From the NCBI GenBank assembly GCA_964019425.1, contig OZ025783.1, positions 1,116,001-1,180,000 on the forward strand: a stretch of DNA of 64,000 bases. Direction: 5' to 3'. The stretch is from Flectonema sp. DT1601 (taxonomy: Eukaryota). Below are positions 58,517 through 64,000 of this stretch, piece by piece. How positions within the stretch are numbered: position 1 is the stretch's first letter; each line of letters opens with the position of its first letter. A program made the position numbers and the translations under genes. The notes beneath the pieces were generated by a model, which was not told the DNA's origin, made no database searches, and worked only from the letters and a program-made list of their open reading frames with translations.

Positions 58517-60068
58517 TTAAGCTCTCTTGGTATCGTCTTTCCTCTTTGGAATTAGTTGGCAAAGAATAAACACTCCGAGAGCAATGAAATGAGGGGCGTA
58601 GTACACCGAACTCCATCCCTGTTTTTTTGTTTGTATTTTTATTTTCCCTTTTTACAATATCTGAATACCTAAACATATGCTACAAATTGATTTCAATAAA
58701 ATTAATAACACAAACCGTAAGGGTGTAGTCCCAATCTAAAACAATAAACGGAAGACCGACGTAGTTCACAGAAACAGTCGTACAAAGAATACCAATCAGG
58801 TCGTAGAACATCTTTGCAGTTGATCCAGCAGCAATGAAGTACGGACGAAGTTTTGTTCTCGAATTACGAGCAACAATTGTTAGAAGAGAAGCACTAGTAA
58901 AGAATAAATAATATCCAGGATAGAACCCATGCCAGAATGCTGAGTACAATTGTGTAAGCAATACTGGTAGTTGGGAACGTTCTCCAAGAACAGATGTGAG
59001 ACGGAAATAGACAACATTCTTAAGCCAGTGACCAACACCCATATTCCAGTTATCAGTTACTCCCTTAACATTCTGAGAGAGTTCAACAGCGAAGTAGTTT
59101 CCGTTTGAACATCCGCTCCAATCATTGCCTTCAGAGTCGACGGACCTGTCAAACATGGAATTGTACAACGAAGACTTAGCACCCTTCTCTGCCTTACCAG
59201 TGTATCCAAAGCCTGATAGGATACAGGCAGAATGAGCTAGATACCAAACAACAAAATACTTAGTACGAGCGAGTAAGATACAAAGCCAGATGTAAATTAA
59301 TCTCTGAACAGGATGAAAGCTATCCAAACCTCCATTATAAATAGCATCAGCTGGGAATAATGGAGCAACAACCTTGTTGAGAGCAATAATAACGAGCGCT
59401 CCTAAGAACTTCCAAAACGCAGCGAGGTATGAACCCGCAGGGGTTGGTTTATCTCCTGAGATCCAAGCTTTGTATGATTTCCAAGTAAAACAAGGTCCTG
59501 GCATGTAACAAGGGTAGAATAATACAAATGAATAGAACTCGAATATCGAAGGAACATCTTCCTTTGGAACCGCATCACGTTCGTTGTCACTCTTCGGGTG
59601 AAATGTTTTTACTTTACGACAACCATCAGCGATGTTGAATGCGAGTAATTGCAATTTCACAGTTAAGATCATTTGAACAGATGTGTAATCCATATGCCAT
59701 ACAAGGTACTCATACCAATATGCGTATATGTGAGATGCTGAGAGATACAAGAATGTCCATCCAAGAACAAAGTGCGGCATCACATCATTAGGAAGAGTTC
59801 TCATCATAATGTAAGATACTAAACTCGTCACGAAAGGATGAATTGAGTCTTCTCTGCAAACTGCTAAACTAAAGATGACTCCCCAAAATATTGAAAACAG
59901 GTGTCTGACTGAACCATGAGGAAGACATCTGTGAATAATTACCAGAGGGAATGATCCAAAAACAGTACACAGAAATCTAACCTGATCAACTTCCATACCA
60001 ACTTTTTCAGCCAGCCCATTAAACAATAAGGCATCCCACCCAAGAGGATCTTCTAGGTATATTTTCAT
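58517..60068 (-). CDS. MBOAT lysophospholipid acyltransferase (ALE1/LPCAT-like); join(58716..60068, 58517..58618)
   Basis: QMILTVKL, KYFVVW, WN....WLKNVVY, SAFWHGFYPGYY. Intron 58619-58715 joins YTLT|GWSSVYYAPH. Confidence 0.92.
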
Positions 60069-60529
60069 TTTTTTTTATTCGATTGTAGGCTGTTCAATAA
60101 AATATAATTGTGAAAAAAAACGGAACAGGATCGAACCACTTTATCGTATGGTGAGTTAGGGAATTGAGTTTTCCTTTTTTTTTTTTTTTTAATTATTTTA
60201 AGTATGCAATGTAAGCTGTTGCTTGATTTTAAATAATAATAATAAAATTTAAAAAAAAAAAAAAAACAATCCCCCGAGGCGATAAACGAACAGAATGAAA
60301 CGGGAAAAGAAAAGAAACAGCAGCAAAAAAAAAAAAAAAAAAAAAACTAACCAAATTCTTCTACTAACGAATTACTTCGTATTAATATTGTAATTGCGTG
60401 TCAAAAAAAAAACCAGAAGAAGAAAAAGAAAAACAGAGAGAAGAACAACCACTATAACACTTAATTGATATCCCTTCTGAATAAATATTCACGTTGGGAA
60501 ATGACCATCAAATCAAGTTTATGATTACA

Positions 60530-62788
60530 TCAACAGGCATCATAATAATACACTCCTTCGTAGTCATAAAATAAATCAGACAACTCATTACCGGCGGGTG
60601 GTGGCGTTCCGCTTTCCCCAGAGAGGTACGAGACTATCTCTTGAATTGTTATTCTGTTAGAGACGTCATTCCAACACTTTCTTACAATATTACTCCATAT
60701 AAGTTCTCCTTGATGCGTTAGGATCTCTGGTTTATTAGGAACAACATTCGACTTTATTAACTTCAGAGTAGACTCAAAAGTCATATTAGAATGTGGAATT
60801 CTGTCAGCAAATATTTCAAAAAGAGTACAACCAAATCCCCAAACGTCGTGAGCAGTAGTCGCGCAAGGTACCAAATCTTGAAAGACTTCTGGTGGACACC
60901 ACGCTAGCGGCAACTTGAATCGAACTTGAGAACCGATTCTGGTTGAAGTTTCCATGTTACCCAATACGAATTCATCATTTAATACAAATATGTTACGCGT
61001 GGAAAGATTCATGTGAGCCAGACCTAATCCATGAATATACGCTAGAGCTCTTGCCACAGATATCAGTCGAAGTGCTACAGCTGCCCGGTCTTGCAGCGGA
61101 CTCGACTTCAGAAATCCGAGTAGTGATACTTCACAATATTGAGTGATAACATAAGCCTTGTCATCATCTCCTTTAGACCATCCGTAGAATCTGACGATAT
61201 CTTTCTGACGAATGCTGCTGAGAAGTTTTATTTCATTAATGAAGTTTTCGTTGTTAACTTTATTCAAAGATTCCCTCATGATCACCACCTCACAAGAAGT
61301 AACGTACGTACCATGGAAGACCTTTCCATAATAACTATCTCCTACTGTTATAACATCTGTTAGATGTTGACGAGGTATCTCATGAGATGATAAGAACACA
61401 TCTGAAATCTCAGACAGCTCACGACTATCAATTCCTTCTAATAATGATTCATCAAGTAATTGATCGGATTTGTTGATGTTGGGACGTCTCAAAATAAAAA
61501 CTGCGACAGCTATCAAACAGCAGGCGATGACAACACTGATAACAACAACAACAACAACAATGGGATTGTTGTTAGACACCTCTGAGGGAGGAGGAGGGAT
61601 GTTTGGCAGCTCTACTAAAGCAGCAAATGCTAAGTAGTTACTAACCACACTAATAGTATTATTATTAAGCAAGTGATTCACTGTCGAAGTATCTAAGAAA
61701 ACTTCTCCCCACGAAACAATATTCCCATCAGATGTCAATGCAACGAATGACTCATCCGTAACACTAATCTCTTTAATATCTTTTAAATGAGACTGAACGG
61801 TGCTGGTGTCGGTGGCTTCCCCTCCCCATGACAGGACGCTTTTGTTATTAGTGATTGCAACATAACAACATCTTTTTTTAGAATAATATCGACTGTTTCC
61901 TTTAAGTTGAAGCATCACTCCCCTGATGTCAGGTTCACACCAGTCTCCCCAAGCAACTGCATCCCCTGCTGAAGTGTGAGCTACAAAGGTACGAAAACCT
62001 GAATCGATAGAAGTTACATTTCTTAACAAATGAGCAACAGTATTCATGTCACCACCACTACCCCGGGCACCCCATGTGACTACACTATCGTCCTTACGTA
62101 GCGCTGCGAATGCCCCGTTGCTTGAAACAACCTGAACCACATCCTTCAATAAACCTGCTACTGTAGAAGTATCACCTCCGTAATTTATAAAACGATAAAA
62201 CCCGTATTGCCAGGCAAATACCGATCCGTCAGTTGTCAACGCAGCAAACCCCCCGACAGACATACTTATTGATTTGATGTTGCTTAAATTTTCAGGAAGA
62301 GGACTAGCAATAATACCCTTGTATCCCCAACCAAGTACTGTTCCATCATTCTTAATTGCAACATACGCAAATTCACAAGCGTACAGCAGCTTCACGTCTG
62401 TTAGTGGTATCGAATTATCGAAAGAATATGAAACTGTGTTTCCCCAGAATAAGACTCTACCATTCTCCATAAGTGCAGCAAAGGTATCTCTTGTATGAGC
62501 TATTTTAGTTATGACATTATTGGAAAGTAAATATGAGATTGACGAGCTATCACCTCCATGAGAACTCTTACCCCAGGACACTGCTCCTCGAGGTGTTTTA
62601 ATTGCAGCAAAAGCTAATTGATTTCCAACAATACTCGTGACATCATTCAGGTCGCTGCTACTCAAATTGTGGAGAGGATTTCCACCCCTTCCGTCAATAC
62701 CCCAAGCTACAATTGTCGCGCTCAAGACATTAGTGATGAAAGTAATTACTATTAGTAGCCTTCCCTTCATGTCGTCCTTGAAGGTCAT
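60530..62788 (-). CDS. Receptor-like pseudokinase: signal peptide, RCC1-like repeats, TM helix, degenerate TKL-type kinase domain
   Basis: Repeats of the form FAAL..DG.V..WG; TM segment IVVVVVVISVVIACCLIAVAVFIL; kinase landmarks FINEIKLL, LPLAWCPPE, DVWGFGCTLFEI. Confidence 0.85.
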   Translation of the reverse strand: MTFKDDMKGRLLIVITFITNVLSATIVAWGIDGRGGNPLHNLSSSDLNDVTSIVGNQLAFAAIKTPRGAVSWGKSSHGGDSSSISYLLSNNVITKIAHTRDTFAALMENGRVLFWGNTVSYSFDNSIPLTDVKLLYACEFAYVAIKNDGTVLGWGYKGIIASPLPENLSNIKSISMSVGGFAALTTDGSVFAWQYGFYRFINYGGDTSTVAGLLKDVVQVVSSNGAFAALRKDDSVVTWGARGSGGDMNTVAHLLRNVTSIDSGFRTFVAHTSAGDAVAWGDWCEPDIRGVMLQLKGNSRYYSKKRCCYVAITNNKSVLSWGGEATDTSTVQSHLKDIKEISVTDESFVALTSDGNIVSWGEVFLDTSTVNHLLNNNTISVVSNYLAFAALVELPNIPPPPSEVSNNNPIVVVVVVISVVIACCLIAVAVFILRRPNINKSDQLLDESLLEGIDSRELSEISDVFLSSHEIPRQHLTDVITVGDSYYGKVFHGTYVTSCEVVIMRESLNKVNNENFINEIKLLSSIRQKDIVRFYGWSKGDDDKAYVITQYCEVSLLGFLKSSPLQDRAAVALRLISVARALAYIHGLGLAHMNLSTRNIFVLNDEFVLGNMETSTRIGSQVRFKLPLAWCPPEVFQDLVPCATTAHDVWGFGCTLFEIFADRIPHSNMTFESTLKLIKSNVVPNKPEILTHQGELIWSNIVRKCWNDVSNRITIQEIVSYLSGESGTPPPAGNELSDLFYDYEGVYYYDAC

Positions 62789-63326
62789 CTTTCATGGCTG
62801 TTTTATAAATATTGTTATTAACAAATTCAAGTAAACTATTAAAATTATATCGTGTCAACAAACACTACATTGATATCTGTTCACCAACGATGTGAACCTT
62901 TTCGAAGAACATATTTTAGTTGTAATGTGTAGTAAATTAACCAACGTGAAGTGTAACCCGCCATCTGTCACATTTGTTCTTCGTGAGGAGTGTTATGAAG
63001 TAAGAAAGAATATAATAAACAATGACACTCGGCTGTAATATAATACCCACCTGCATTCAGCCAGTACGACTCAATGTGGTGGTGTGGTCTGCTTCACAGA
63101 CAAAAGGTAAGTTGGAATATGAGCACGAAGAGAGATGAGGTTTTAATCTCTTTTTTCCTTTTTCTTTTCGGTTCTTTGCTACAAGTAAACAAGGTGGACA
63201 ATGGAACATGTGTGCAATGTATCACAGCCCACCAATCACTAATTCGATAAATAACAACATGATACGAAGCTACCCACGAGGGGGATGACTAAAAGTGAAC
63301 TACAATAACAAACTGTAAGTTAGTTC

Positions 63327-63899
63327 TTACTGATGAGCACAACCTGGTTTTCCTTTTGGTTCAGATTTCTTATTATCATCTTTCTCTGTTGAAGATGTTG
63401 AAGAGTTTGGTTCTGACAGTTCACTAAATTCGATAGTTCCTTTGATGGAATACTTTTCTTGATATTTATCTTCCCATTCTTTGAGTGTTTTGAGCTGCTT
63501 CTCACTGAGATCAGACCAAGTTTGATTTGATTCGTTAGTTCCGACAACAACTTTAGCGAGATGACGACTACAGTCAACACCAGAGAATGCGTGGTAGGCC
63601 ATCTTTGGTCCATAAAATGAAGGATCGACTTCATAAACAATTCCCTTACAAGATAAGTAAAGAGGTTGACCGTCCTCACCTCTGTACTGTTGGAGTTCTG
63701 TTAAAGTAAATTTCTTTTCCGGAATTACAATTTTATTCTTTTTTGGAAGTTTTTCTACGACATCATCATCACCAACGTGAATCGCTGCTTCTCTGATGTC
63801 GTCGTCACTCATTCCCTTCGCTTTTAAAAATGATATCTTTCGAGTCGCATCCTGAGACTGAACGCCAGGATTCTGAAGAAACTCAATTGCCTTGTCCAT
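63327..63899 (-). CDS. Pex14 N-terminal-like domain fused to a MAPR-type cytochrome b5 heme/steroid-binding domain
   Basis: AIEFLQNPGVQ....TRKISFLKAKGMSDDDIREA (Pex14_N pattern); FTLTELQQYRG...LYLSCKGIVYEV..FYGP...YHAFSGVDCSR...W..KY..KY (MAPR pattern); ends in CAHQ. Confidence 0.85.
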   Translation of the reverse strand: MDKAIEFLQNPGVQSQDATRKISFLKAKGMSDDDIREAAIHVGDDDVVEKLPKKNKIVIPEKKFTLTELQQYRGEDGQPLYLSCKGIVYEVDPSFYGPKMAYHAFSGVDCSRHLAKVVVGTNESNQTWSDLSEKQLKTLKEWEDKYQEKYSIKGTIEFSELSEPNSSTSSTEKDDNKKSEPKGKPGCAHQ

Positions 63900-64000
63900 A
63901 CCTAGTGATGAGGGGACTGTTGTAATTAATTAATTATAATCATCGAAGTATAAATACAATCACAATAAAAAACAAGCGTGCGATTAAGAATAATGAATAA

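Overview
Eukaryotic (protist) genomic DNA. It is AT-rich, has long homopolymer tracts and contains one 200-N assembly gap. All 20 credible protein-coding genes lie on the minus strand, some separated by only ~200-300 bp. This unidirectional layout, together with single-hairpin AGA-box snoRNAs and GT-AG introns, suggests a euglenozoan (diplonemid-like); that assignment is inference. The first ~11 kb is non-coding with local duplications. The genes are: two tandem PHO80/U-type cyclins, a PH-PAK kinase, a TTLL glutamylase, DNMT5 (C5 methyltransferase-SNF2), RPF2, TBC1D5, a GH64/thaumatin-like protein, GlnRS, a MINDY deubiquitinase, an A1 aspartic protease, an SDR, an MBOAT, an RCC1-repeat receptor pseudokinase, a Pex14N-cytochrome b5 fusion and five hypotheticals. 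The main discovery is that the 2.7-kb last intron of TBC1D5 holds a tandem snoRNA cluster: 10 intact plus 2 degenerate H/ACA-like AGA hairpins, and 3 box C/D RNAs whose guide matches a conserved LSU rRNA site. Intron architecture is also unusual. Coding introns cluster near gene 3' ends and have A/C-rich acceptors. Many genes appear to carry a micro-exon plus a short 5'UTR intron with a U-rich acceptor. All splice models were read by eye and need RNA confirmation.
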